Origin: Vicinamibacteria bacterium
GTDB taxonomy: Bacteria; Acidobacteriota; Vicinamibacteria; Marinacidobacterales; Marinacidobacteraceae
Length of the DNA: 64,000 bases
Assembly (NCBI GenBank): GCA_963555995.3
Contig: OY821641.1
Location: 320,001 to 384,000 of the forward strand
Direction of reading: 5' to 3'
The notes under the pieces were generated by a model. That model had not been told where the DNA came from, did not search any database, and worked only from the letters and a program-made list of their open reading frames with translations. A program made the position numbers and the translations under genes. Shown in pieces: positions 36,936 to 49,253 of the stretch (position 1 is its first letter; each line of letters begins with the position of its first letter).

Positions 36936-38567
36936 ATGTCACCCGCACGACCGAAGAAGGCGAAGCGCGCGGCCAGGACTGCCGGCGGGAGCGCCACCAC
37001 CGGCTACGAGGCCGAACTCTGGGCGATGGCCGACGCGCTGCGCGGCAGCATGGACGCGGCCGAATACAAGCACGTCGTCCTCGGGCTCATCTTCCTGAAG
37101 TACATCTCGGACGCCTTCGAGGAGACGTACGCCCGCCTGGAGGCCGAGAGGGACGAGGGCGCGGACCCGGAAGACCCGGACGAGTACCGCGCTGACAACG
37201 TCTTCTGGGTGCCCCCGGAGGCCCGCTGGAACCGCCTCCAGGCGCAGGCGAAGCAGGCCACGGTCGGCCGGCTCGTGGACGACGCGATGGCGGGTATCGA
37301 GCGCGACAACCCGGCCCTCAGGGAGGTGCTGCCCAAGGAGTACGCGCGCCCGGCGCTCGACAAGCAGCGGCTCGGCCAGCTCATGGATCTGGTCAGCAAC
37401 ATCCGGGTCGGAGACAGGGAAGCCCGCTCCCGGGATGTCCTCGGCCGGGTGTACGAGTACTTCCTCTCCGAGTTCGCGAACGCCGAGGGCAAGAAGGGCG
37501 GCGAGTTCTACACGCCGCGCTGCGTCGTCCGGCTGCTCGTCGAGATGATCGAGCCGTACCAGGGCCGGGTGTACGACCCGTGCTGCGGCTCCTCCGGGAT
37601 GTTCGTCCAGTCCGTCGAGTTCATCGAGGCGCACGCGAGCGGCAACGGGAACGCCCGGACCACGCCCTCGGGGGCCAAGGCGGACATCTCGATCTACGGT
37701 CAGGAGTCCAACTACACGACCTGGCGGCTCGCCCGGATGAACCTGGCCATCCGCGGCATTGGTGGCCAGATCGCCCAGGGCGACACCTTCCACAACGACC
37801 GGCATCCCGACCTGCGAGCCGACTTCATCCTGGCGAACCCGCCGTTCAACGTGTCCGACTGGGGAGGCGACCGCCTCACCGAGGACCCGCGGTGGGAATA
37901 CGGCGTGCCGCCGAAGGGCAACGCGAACTTCGCGTGGGTGCAGCACATCGTCCACCACCTGGCGCCGACAGGTGTCGCCGGGTTCGTCCTCGCCAACGGG
38001 TCCATGTCCTCGCAGCAGTCCGGGGAAGGGGAGATCCGCAAGAACCTGATCGAAGCGGGTCTCGTGGACTGCATGGTCGCCCTGCCGGGGCAGCTCTTCT
38101 ACTCGACCCAGATCCCGGCGTGCCTCTGGTTCCTGTCCCGGCGGCGGTTCGGCGGCGGCCTGCGCGACCGGCGCGGCGAGGTGTTGTTCGTGGACGCCCG
38201 GCGGCTCGGCCGCATGGTGACCCGCCGCCACCGCGAACTGACGGACGCGGAGATCACCCGGATCGCGGACACCTACCACGCCTGGCGCGGCGAGGAAGGA
38301 ACGGGCGACTACGAGGACGTCCCGGGCTTCTGCCGGAGCGCCCCGCTCGACGAGGTGCGGAAGCACGGGTACGTGCTGACGCCTGGACGGTACGTGGGCG
38401 CGGAGCCGGAAGAGGACGACGGGGAACCGTTCGAGGCGAAGATGAAGCGGCTCGCCGCGGAGTGGCGGGAACAGCAGGCCGAGGCGGCGCGGCTCGACGC
38501 GGAGATCGCGGCCAATCTCGCAGCGCTGGGTTTCGGGGACGGTGGTGGCGGCAATTCAGCGACTTGA
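36936..38567 (+). CDS. hsdM: Type I R-M methyltransferase subunit (m6A)
   Basis: [29 protein letters not shown]. Confidence 0.96.
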   Translation: MSPARPKKAKRAARTAGGSATTGYEAELWAMADALRGSMDAAEYKHVVLGLIFLKYISDAFEETYARLEAERDEGADPEDPDEYRADNVFWVPPEARWNRLQAQAKQATVGRLVDDAMAGIERDNPALREVLPKEYARPALDKQRLGQLMDLVSNIRVGDREARSRDVLGRVYEYFLSEFANAEGKKGGEFYTPRCVVRLLVEMIEPYQGRVYDPCCGSSGMFVQSVEFIEAHASGNGNARTTPSGAKADISIYGQESNYTTWRLARMNLAIRGIGGQIAQGDTFHNDRHPDLRADFILANPPFNVSDWGGDRLTEDPRWEYGVPPKGNANFAWVQHIVHHLAPTGVAGFVLANGSMSSQQSGEGEIRKNLIEAGLVDCMVALPGQLFYSTQIPACLWFLSRRRFGGGLRDRRGEVLFVDARRLGRMVTRRHRELTDAEITRIADTYHAWRGEEGTGDYEDVPGFCRSAPLDEVRKHGYVLTPGRYVGAEPEEDDGEPFEAKMKRLAAEWREQQAEAARLDAEIAANLAALGFGDGGGGNSAT

Positions 38568-38683
38568 GATCACAATCCGTGATGTCAAGTCGGGACGGGC
38601 GCCCGTCTCTCCCGCTCCCATTGCTGAACCGGGTGTCTTGATGTTCTCCGGAGTGCTGCGCAGTCCGCGCGCTGTTACGGTTC
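38552..38683 (+). pseudogene. Frameshifted fragment of an ORF6N-domain gene
   Basis: [17 protein letters not shown] followed in another frame by EPGVLMFSGVLRSPRAV. Confidence 0.55.
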
Positions 38684-38828
38684 AGAAGATGCGGAAGGCG
38701 ACCCGATTCCACCTCGACAGCTCTGCGGGATTCGGGGAGCTGGTTTCGGGAACGGTCGTCCAGTGTGGGGCTGGTGGTGGCCGCCCCGGCATACAGACGC
38801 GCCCGATCCCACCGGGGAGTCGCCCGCG

Positions 38829-40127
38829 ATGACGTTCGACGCGGCAGACGTTCGGGAACGAATCCGCCTCGGCGAGGACGCGCGCTGGGAGCTCAAGGAG
38901 GTGGTGTTTCGAGGGAACCGCCTCGTCGGTCCCCGGCCTGACGCGCTTGCGGATGAGTTGGCCGCCTTCGCCAACGGTCGTGGCGGCATTTTGCTCCTCG
39001 GCGTGACCGAGGGTGGCGAGGTCCAGGGAGTCACCCGTACCCAACTCGATGAGCTTGACCGTAACGTCGTGGACCTCTGCCACAACCGGATCACGCCCCC
39101 TATCGAGGTCGATATCCGCCGTTTCCTCATCGAACCCGGGAAACCGGTCCTCTCCGTCGAGGTCGAACCGGGCTACGCCCAGCACGACAGCCCCGGCGGC
39201 GCGTACCAGCGCTTCGGCGGCAGCAAACGGCGGATGTCGCCGGATGAACGGCGTCGGCTCGCCGAGATCCGAAATCAGGCCCCCTTTCGGTGGTTCGACA
39301 AGCAACCGGTGCCAGGCACCGGACTCGGCAGTCTCGACGACGCGCTTTGGGAACCGATGCTGGACGCTCAGGGACGGCTCGATCCCAGAAGAGGCCTTGC
39401 GAGACTGGCTCTCCTGGCGTCCGAAGCCGAGGCGGCGGCTGAAGCGACCGTCGCCGGCGTTTTGCTGTGCAGCCGCGCGCCGGAGCGATGGCTGCCAAAC
39501 GCCTGCATCACGGCGACTCACTATCGGGGCAAGGACCGCAGTTCCCCGCAGTTGGACGCGCGGGTCATCACGGGGCCGCTCCACCGGCAGGTCGCCGACG
39601 CCATGACCTTCGTCGAGCGGAACATGCAGGTCGATGCCCACAAGACGTCAGCCCGGATGGATCAGCCCGAATACAGCCTCGAAGCGGTGTTCGAGGCGCT
39701 GGTGAACGCCGTGGCGCACCGCGACTACACGATCCGGGAAAGCCCAATCCGGCTTTCGATGTTCTCGGATCGGTTGGAGATTGCTACTCCGGGTCGGCTG
39801 CCGGGCAGTCTGACCGCCGATACGATGGGCAGCCGTCAGGCAACACGGAATGAAGCCATCGTTTCCATATTGACCGACATCGCGCTGGATGGAGTTTCCC
39901 GCTCGGGCAGCCCAGGTTTCTTGATGACGCGGCGCGGCGTCGGTATTGCCACTATCGCCCATAGAACCCGACGGCTCACGGGCCGGTCGCCCGTATATGA
40001 CGTGTCGGACGATGCCGTTACCCTCACGATTCCGGCGTCTCACCGCACAATGCCGAAGCTCTTCGCGAGAGCTTCCCGGCAAGGACGGGCCGCCGGCGGA
40101 ACCGCCGATGCGAGGTTGGCAGGATGA
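38829..40127 (+). CDS. AlbA_2 (Schlafen-like) plus RecG-C/HATPase_c_4 protein
   Basis: GEDARWELKE, AFANGRGG..LLGV, EALVNAVAHRDY, FSDRLEI.TPG.LP. Confidence 0.85.
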   Translation: MTFDAADVRERIRLGEDARWELKEVVFRGNRLVGPRPDALADELAAFANGRGGILLLGVTEGGEVQGVTRTQLDELDRNVVDLCHNRITPPIEVDIRRFLIEPGKPVLSVEVEPGYAQHDSPGGAYQRFGGSKRRMSPDERRRLAEIRNQAPFRWFDKQPVPGTGLGSLDDALWEPMLDAQGRLDPRRGLARLALLASEAEAAAEATVAGVLLCSRAPERWLPNACITATHYRGKDRSSPQLDARVITGPLHRQVADAMTFVERNMQVDAHKTSARMDQPEYSLEAVFEALVNAVAHRDYTIRESPIRLSMFSDRLEIATPGRLPGSLTADTMGSRQATRNEAIVSILTDIALDGVSRSGSPGFLMTRRGVGIATIAHRTRRLTGRSPVYDVSDDAVTLTIPASHRTMPKLFARASRQGRAAGGTADARLAG

Positions 40128-40609
40128 TCGCCGAAAAGGAACCGAGAATTGACTACTCCAGGTTCCAACTCTCCCTCAGACGGCTGGTGGAACAACATGA
40201 CAACCTCTTGGCCGCCGACGATGCGCTTTCGCGGCTGGACCGCGAGGCGCGTACCGAATCGGTGATTCGGCGTTTCAAGATGTGCTACGACTGCCTGTGG
40301 AAGGTCTTGAAGCGCTACCTCATCCAGAATCTCGGACTGGCTGATCCGCCAAATAGTCCTGTCCCGCTCTTCCGTCTGGCCGCGGAGAACGGTGTGTTCG
40401 ATTCACCCGTTGAGCAGTGGATGCGGTACGTGGCCGCGCGAGTTGACACTGCCCACCACCACGACGGGGAGAAGGCGAAGCGCTGCCTCGATACCGTGCC
40501 CGAGTTTCTGGACGACGCCATCCATCTCTATGGGACGATAACGGGTGAACCATGGGGCAGCAATCCTGCCGCGCCGTTTGCCGCCGGTAGTGCACCATGC
40601 TGGACCTGA
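40124..40609 (+). CDS. HEPN protein (nucleotidyltransferase substrate-binding, HI0074-like), copy 1
   Basis: ESVIRRFKMCYDCLWKVLKRYL, NSP.PLFRLA, RVDTAH. Confidence 0.8.
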   Translation: MIAEKEPRIDYSRFQLSLRRLVEQHDNLLAADDALSRLDREARTESVIRRFKMCYDCLWKVLKRYLIQNLGLADPPNSPVPLFRLAAENGVFDSPVEQWMRYVAARVDTAHHHDGEKAKRCLDTVPEFLDDAIHLYGTITGEPWGSNPAAPFAAGSAPCWT

Positions 40610-41019
40610 CTCCGCTCGACAACGCCATAGCCCAACTCGAAGAGGCGCTCGATTTCCACGGGTCTGACCTTGCTGCCGAGCAGCCGCGACTCCGGCTCCA
40701 GTTGCGCGCGGCCGCGATTCAGGCGTTCGAATTCACGTACGAGCTCTCCTTCAAGATGCTTGGCCGGTATCTGGAGCAAGTTATGCCGAATCCAGCGGCA
40801 GTGGACAAGATGCCGTTCAAGGACCTGATCCGGGAAGCGCTGGGTCGCGGGCTGCTCGCCGCGGACGTAGATGCGTGGGAGCGGTTCCGGAAGTTTCGGG
40901 GAACGACCAGCCACACCTACGACGCCGGAAAGGCACAGGCCATCTTCGAAGGCATTCCGGAGTTTCTGGACGAAGTCCGGTATCTCCGGAAGCGGCTCCG
41001 CACCAACGTGGAAGGGTGA
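40597..41019 (+). CDS. HEPN protein (HI0074-like), copy 2
   Basis: AAIQAFEFTYELSFKML.RYL, FKDLIR, RGTTSHTY (RX4HXY). Confidence 0.88.
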   Translation: MLDLTPLDNAIAQLEEALDFHGSDLAAEQPRLRLQLRAAAIQAFEFTYELSFKMLGRYLEQVMPNPAAVDKMPFKDLIREALGRGLLAADVDAWERFRKFRGTTSHTYDAGKAQAIFEGIPEFLDEVRYLRKRLRTNVEG

Positions 41020-42653
41020 TGGCGCCCGCGATTGATCTTCGTCCGGATCACCGGAAGATCGTCGAGGACATCCTGCGCGACCACCTCCCGGATGGCGCCA
41101 AGGTCTGGGTCTTCGGAAGTCGCGCCGAGTGGACCACCAAGGATTCTTCCGACCTGGACCTCGCGCTCGAAGGTGACGGGCCGCTCGATCGCCGGATCGT
41201 GATGGCGCTCGAACTGGCTTTCGAGGAGTCGTTCCTCCCGTTCCGGGTGGACGTGGTGGATCTGGAGCGGGTGCAGGAGCGGTTTAGAGAGATCGTGCTC
41301 CGAAGCCGCGTTGGCCTGTCTTTGCCGAGGGATGGTGAGGCAACGTATACGAATCGAGGCGAGATGGGGTTCTCAGATGCCTTCCTAGTGAATCCAAGAG
41401 TCAAGCTGGAACGAGATGTGGAGTATCCGTTCGTCGAAATGAGTGATCTGATGCCGGGTCTGCGTGCGGCTGTGTCAACGCGGCGTCGTCGGTTTCGCGG
41501 TGGCGGTTCTCGCTTCAGAGCCGGTGACACTTTGATGGCGCGAATAACGCCATGTCTCGAAAACGGCAAGATTGCCCGTTACGTGGCAACACGGAAAGAC
41601 GACGTAGGACATGGTTCGACCGAATTCATTGTCATTCGAGGCCGCCCCGATGTAACGGATACCGAGTTTGCCTTCTATGTGACGCGTTCAGATTCAGTCC
41701 GGGAATACGCGATCTCTCAGATGAGTGGCACATCGGGCCGGCAGCGCGTCCCAGTGGACGCGTTGAACACTCTGATGGTTTCTGTACCAAGCCTTCCTGA
41801 GCAGCGCGCAATCGCGAGCGTTCTCGGGACGCTCGATGACCGCATCGAGCTGAACCGGCGGATGAACGAGATATTGGACGCGATGGCGCGGGCGCTCTTC
41901 AAGTCCTGGTTCGTGGACTTCGATCCTGTACGGTCAAAAATGGAAGGCCGCGACGCGGGTCTGCCGTCCGAGATCGCCGACTTGTTCCCGGACCGGCTGG
42001 TGGAGTCGGAGTTGGGCGAGATTCCCGAGGGATGGGCCGTCATGCCGCTTGCAGAGGTCATGGAAATCAACCCCGTCCGCACACTCAGTAGGGGTCACAT
42101 CGCGCCCTACCTCGATATGGCAAACATGCCGAGAACGGGTCATGTTCCTCTCAGTATCCGAATGCGGAACTTCGGCTCGGGGACCCGATTTGTGAACGGC
42201 GACACGCTCATGGCGCGGATTACGCCATGCCTTGAGCATGGGAAGACAGCCTATGTGGATTTCCTCCAACACGGTGAAGTCGGATGGGGTTCGACTGAGT
42301 TCATTGTGCTGCGACCGAGGCTGCCAATCCCCGGCGAATATGCCTACTGTCTTGCGAGAAGTTCTCGTCTTCGCGAACACGCGATCGCGAGCATGACGGG
42401 GAGCAGTGGGCGACAGCGAGTTCCGCCGGCCGCGCTTTCCCAGTTCCTGGTGTGTGTGGCAACTCCGGGGATCTATCGCGCGTTTGGCGATTCGGTGAGC
42501 GCGTTGTTCGCCCGTGTGCGAGAAGGGCAGCGTCGTTCGCGTGCCGCGACTTCCCTCCGCGACATGCTCCTGCCCAAGCTCGTGTCCGGCGAAGTCCGCG
42601 TGCCCTCTACTCTGGTCGGGCGCTACAACGACCCCGCAGCGCCTGCGACCTGA
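41019..42653 (+). CDS. hsdS: Fusion of a minimal nucleotidyltransferase (MNT) and the type I R-M specificity subunit
   Basis: N-terminal FGSRAEWTTKDSSDLDL (GSX10DXD) and LPFRVDVVD; then two TRDs, PSLPEQRAIA, ALFKSWFVDF, GEIPEGW, LRD.LLPKL.SGE in one frame. Confidence 0.92.
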   Translation: MAPAIDLRPDHRKIVEDILRDHLPDGAKVWVFGSRAEWTTKDSSDLDLALEGDGPLDRRIVMALELAFEESFLPFRVDVVDLERVQERFREIVLRSRVGLSLPRDGEATYTNRGEMGFSDAFLVNPRVKLERDVEYPFVEMSDLMPGLRAAVSTRRRRFRGGGSRFRAGDTLMARITPCLENGKIARYVATRKDDVGHGSTEFIVIRGRPDVTDTEFAFYVTRSDSVREYAISQMSGTSGRQRVPVDALNTLMVSVPSLPEQRAIASVLGTLDDRIELNRRMNEILDAMARALFKSWFVDFDPVRSKMEGRDAGLPSEIADLFPDRLVESELGEIPEGWAVMPLAEVMEINPVRTLSRGHIAPYLDMANMPRTGHVPLSIRMRNFGSGTRFVNGDTLMARITPCLEHGKTAYVDFLQHGEVGWGSTEFIVLRPRLPIPGEYAYCLARSSRLREHAIASMTGSSGRQRVPPAALSQFLVCVATPGIYRAFGDSVSALFARVREGQRRSRAATSLRDMLLPKLVSGEVRVPSTLVGRYNDPAAPAT

Positions 42654-42857
42654 TGTTCGTCGGGCGTGATCCAGGGCGGGAAGCAACACGTGCAGAATTT
42701 GCACAAGTTCGATTTCGGCACGGGAGGCCCGGATCTCTCCGGGTGCATCCTGGGGGCTGGTTGTCCGACGGGACCTCCGAAGACGGATTGAGACATCTGT
42801 GCGGCTTGTCCCAGAGCACGGCCCAAAAGGTGGGGGCAACTAGTAAGGATTCCTTAA

Positions 42858-44372
42858 CAGCCTGTGGTGAAACTCCGCTGGGCGGGATTGAGTGCGCTGG
42901 CGGGGCTTCGTAGAATTTTCGCATGGCTATGGGACGTCGCGGGACGCGGCGGCAAGGGTTGTGGATTGCGACCGGGGCGCTGCCTCGGAGCAAGGGGGAT
43001 CCGTTTTACGAGCGTCTGAATAAGGTTCTCGGGGGGGATCGCTTTGACGAGTATGTGGAGGAGCGGTGTGAGCGTCACTACGCGCCGGACGGTCGTCCTG
43101 GGCTTGCGCCTGGGCGGTATTTCCGCTGCCTTCTGATCGGGTATTTCGAGGGTCTGGACTCGGAGCGATTGATCGCGTGGCGGGTGAACGACTCCCGCAG
43201 CCTGTTGCGGTTCCTGGGTTACGGGCCGGCGGACAGCGGGCCGGATCATTCGACGATTTCGCGGACGCGCCGTCGGGTGAGTGAGGAGACGCACGCGGAG
43301 GTGTTCGGCTGGGTTGTGGAGCGGGTGAAGCGAGCGGGGCTTCTGCGGGGGGATGCGCTGGGGGTGGATACGACGACGCTGATGGCGAACGCCTCGATGC
43401 GGAAGATCGTGCGACGGGACAGCGGGGAGGGCTACCGGGAGTATGTGAGGAGGTTGATGGAGGAGTCGGGGATCGAGGCTCCGACGTTGGAGGAGTTGGC
43501 GCGCTACGACCGGACGCGGAAGAAGCGGTTGTCGAACGGCGACTGGGCGCATCCGGTGGACCCCGAGGCCCGCATCAGTCGGCTGAAGGATGGCCGGACG
43601 CGGATGGGGTACAAGGCGGAGCACGCCGTGGACCTGGCGAGTGGCGCGATCGCGGCGGTGACGGTCCAACCCGGGGACCGCGGGGACACCAAGACCCTGC
43701 CGCAGACCCTGGACGAAGCGGAGAAGCATGTGGGGGCCGGGGCGGCGGAGGCTGAAACGCCGGGGAAGCCAACGGCTTGCCGGAAGGAGGGGAAGCCCCG
43801 GTCCTTGGTGTGTGACAAGGGGTATCACAGCGATGCGGTGATCGAGCAGACGCGGGAGCGTGGTTACCGTTCGTACATCGCGGAGCCGAAGCGCGGGCGT
43901 CGTCGCTGGCGGGGTCGAGAGTCCCTGCGTCGCGCGACATACGGCAACCGTCGGCGGGTTCGTGGAAATCGCGGCACCCGGCTGCGAAGACGGCGCCACG
44001 AACTGACGGAGCGTTCCTTCGCGCACTGCTACGAGACCGGCGGGATGCGCCGGGTGTGGTTGCGGGGCAGTGGGAACATTCGAAAACGTCTGCTGATCCA
44101 CACCGCTGGCTTCAATCTGTCGCTGCTCATGCGGCGCCTGACCGGGATCGGGAAACCAAAGGGCCTCCAGAACCGGAACATGGAGGCCATGCAGCGCCAC
44201 TTGTCGCCCGGACGGGCCTCCCTGTGGCGCATCGTGCACCTCTGGCGCCGTTGTCCGACCGCGATCCTCGTTCTCTTGACCGAACCCCCGTCCTGGCCGT
44301 GTCTCCACGAGCAGAAGCTCGACGCTCATTCCCGACGGAATCCGCCGTGAACGCCACTTTCACCACAGGCTG
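42858..44372 (+). mobile_element. Complete insertion sequence, IS1182/IS5-like
   Basis: 15-bp perfect TIRs CAGCCTGTGGTGAAA (42858-42872 and 44358-44372), flanked by TTAA on both sides. Confidence 0.92.
42923..44350 (+). CDS. DDE transposase (DUF772-type N-terminus)
   Basis: GRPGLAP, SER, PDHSTISR.R, VDTT...ANAS, DPEAR, DKGY, ERSFA. Confidence 0.92.
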   Translation: MAMGRRGTRRQGLWIATGALPRSKGDPFYERLNKVLGGDRFDEYVEERCERHYAPDGRPGLAPGRYFRCLLIGYFEGLDSERLIAWRVNDSRSLLRFLGYGPADSGPDHSTISRTRRRVSEETHAEVFGWVVERVKRAGLLRGDALGVDTTTLMANASMRKIVRRDSGEGYREYVRRLMEESGIEAPTLEELARYDRTRKKRLSNGDWAHPVDPEARISRLKDGRTRMGYKAEHAVDLASGAIAAVTVQPGDRGDTKTLPQTLDEAEKHVGAGAAEAETPGKPTACRKEGKPRSLVCDKGYHSDAVIEQTRERGYRSYIAEPKRGRRRWRGRESLRRATYGNRRRVRGNRGTRLRRRRHELTERSFAHCYETGGMRRVWLRGSGNIRKRLLIHTAGFNLSLLMRRLTGIGKPKGLQNRNMEAMQRHLSPGRASLWRIVHLWRRCPTAILVLLTEPPSWPCLHEQKLDAHSRRNPP

Positions 44373-44416
44373 TTAATGGTTCGATCCGAAGGGCGCCGGA
44401 CGGTTCGCCCTTGACG

Positions 44417-47539
<3,123 letters not shown>

Positions 47540-47592
47540 GCGGTTACCAGGCGCAGCTCCCGGGTTCCCCGGTTGCTCTGTAGGAGGTCTTC

Positions 47593-47925
47593 ATGACTCA
47601 TAAACCCGATGCCCTTGAACGAGATTTCGACGCCGCGATGATGCAGATCTACTACCGTGCGAAGGACGAGGTGGGATACAACGCGAACCGGTTTCTGCAA
47701 ATGCTGCACGACTACGGCGGCGTTGAAACCGCCAGGCGCCTGCTACCGGCCATGTCCGACGGATTCACTGCACTCTACGAACACTGTCGTCTCGACCTGA
47801 CCGTCGAGTACCTCGTGCTGCAACCCCGATGGCATCAACTCTTCACGGATGAAGAGCGAGACACGGCGCGTCGCCGTCTCAAGTGCTGCGGGATGGAGGT
47901 TCCGGCCGTATCTCGTTCGGACTAA
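47593..47925 (+). CDS. Small hypothetical protein
   Basis: AGGAGG RBS; GYNANRFLQML..YGG.ETARRLL, SDGFTAL....RLDLTVE. Confidence 0.75.
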   Translation: MTHKPDALERDFDAAMMQIYYRAKDEVGYNANRFLQMLHDYGGVETARRLLPAMSDGFTALYEHCRLDLTVEYLVLQPRWHQLFTDEERDTARRRLKCCGMEVPAVSRSD

Positions 47926-49064
47926 GACCTCCGGAGGTAGGACGCCATCACCGGATCAACCAGCGTCCAGCGGCCGTCGTCATTCCGGTGGATCAGGTCG
48001 TCCTGTTCGAGTACCGCACGGGCGTGATTCCCGGTGGATGCGGGCAGCCTGAGAGTGGACAGGAACCGGTGGGAGCCCGGGTGTTCCACTCCGTCCTCGG
48101 ACTGGGCGATGGCCTTGAGCATGGCGCGTTGGCTGGCCGGACGACGGAGCAGGCGGCCGGCGGCGACGCGTCCATCTTCGTCCACGATTCGGGACCAATG
48201 CGCTTCCACGGATTCGATGCCGGGCGAGCGCTGACCGCCCCAGAGCCGGGCGCAGAGCGCATTCACATAGTAGGGATGCCGTGCCGTGAGCCTGAGGACT
48301 CGAGCGATCACGTCGTCGGCCACCGGCTGGCCCCAGCGTGTCCGGCTCGCTTCCTGGATGAAGGCCCGGTAGTCAGCCTCCCCGATGCGGTCGAGGGTGA
48401 TCTTGCGGCACAGGCGGTACAACGGCCGCTCCTCATCCTCGAACATCCCGGCCAGCAGGCGCCGCTGGCTCCCGGAGAAGAGATAGGTGACATTCCCTGA
48501 CCGTTCGACCGCGTGCCGGATGGCGCCTTCGAGGCTGCGCTGCGCGGTCTTGGGGGAAAGCTGCGACAACTGCTGAAACTCGTCGAGCACCAGGACCACC
48601 CGGCGCCCGACCATCCCGGCGGCCCGGTCGAGGCCGAGCAGCATTTCGGTGATTCCCCGTGTCGGAGGACCCGGCGGCGTGAGGCGGATCTTCAGACCCA
48701 TCGCACCGACGGAGAATTCCGGAGAGAGCGCGCGGAACGCGTCGGTGAGCGTTTGACTCGCTTTTCTGCCCTTTGGTGCGATCCGGGCGCTCACGCCTTC
48801 AACTGCCGTTCGCAACCGTCCTTCGAGGTCTTGGCCGTCGTGGGCGACCAGCAGGTCAACGGCGGTGGCGGCGATCTCCGTTCCAGCGAGGTCCTGCAGC
48901 ACCTGTTCGATGAGGCTGGTCTTGCCCGTCCGGCGGTGGCCCCAGAGCCAGGTGTGCGTCCCGGAAGCGATGTTGTGGCTGAGTTCGGCGCGCTCCTCCG
49001 TGCGGTTGCAGTGGGCGGCTCCCGTCGCGATTCCGAGCGGGAAGAGGTCCGTTCCGGCTGCCAT
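47922..49064 (-). CDS. Archaeal-type/STAND-like P-loop ATPase with C-terminal wHTH
   Basis: CNR.EE, GHRRTGKTS, LVLDEFQ, FSGS, HPYY. Confidence 0.85.
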   Translation of the reverse strand: MAAGTDLFPLGIATGAAHCNRTEERAELSHNIASGTHTWLWGHRRTGKTSLIEQVLQDLAGTEIAATAVDLLVAHDGQDLEGRLRTAVEGVSARIAPKGRKASQTLTDAFRALSPEFSVGAMGLKIRLTPPGPPTRGITEMLLGLDRAAGMVGRRVVLVLDEFQQLSQLSPKTAQRSLEGAIRHAVERSGNVTYLFSGSQRRLLAGMFEDEERPLYRLCRKITLDRIGEADYRAFIQEASRTRWGQPVADDVIARVLRLTARHPYYVNALCARLWGGQRSPGIESVEAHWSRIVDEDGRVAAGRLLRRPASQRAMLKAIAQSEDGVEHPGSHRFLSTLRLPASTGNHARAVLEQDDLIHRNDDGRWTLVDPVMASYLRRS

Positions 49065-49206
49065 GTGAGGGATTTTATTCCAATACATATTGGAACAAGG
49101 ATCATTGGTTCAACGGATATGGAAGCCGTCCTTCTCGCGACGGTGCGTTGCAGGGCACGGGTTCGCCATCCGTGCCGGTTTGGTGGGGCGCCTCGCGCCT
49201 TCGGCG

Positions 49207-49232
49207 GTGCCGGTCTGGAGACCGGCGGTCCC
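49207..49232 (-). repeat. REP-like repeat
   Basis: GTGCCGGTCTGGAGACCGGCGGTCCC. Confidence 0.85.
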
Positions 49233-49253
49233 TTCCGATCCGGAACGTCATGC

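Noticed and set aside
44377-44400. tRNA T-loop-like GGTTCGATCC next to the IS
   Set aside because: No T-stem pairing, cloverleaf or CCA end, even after removing the IS.
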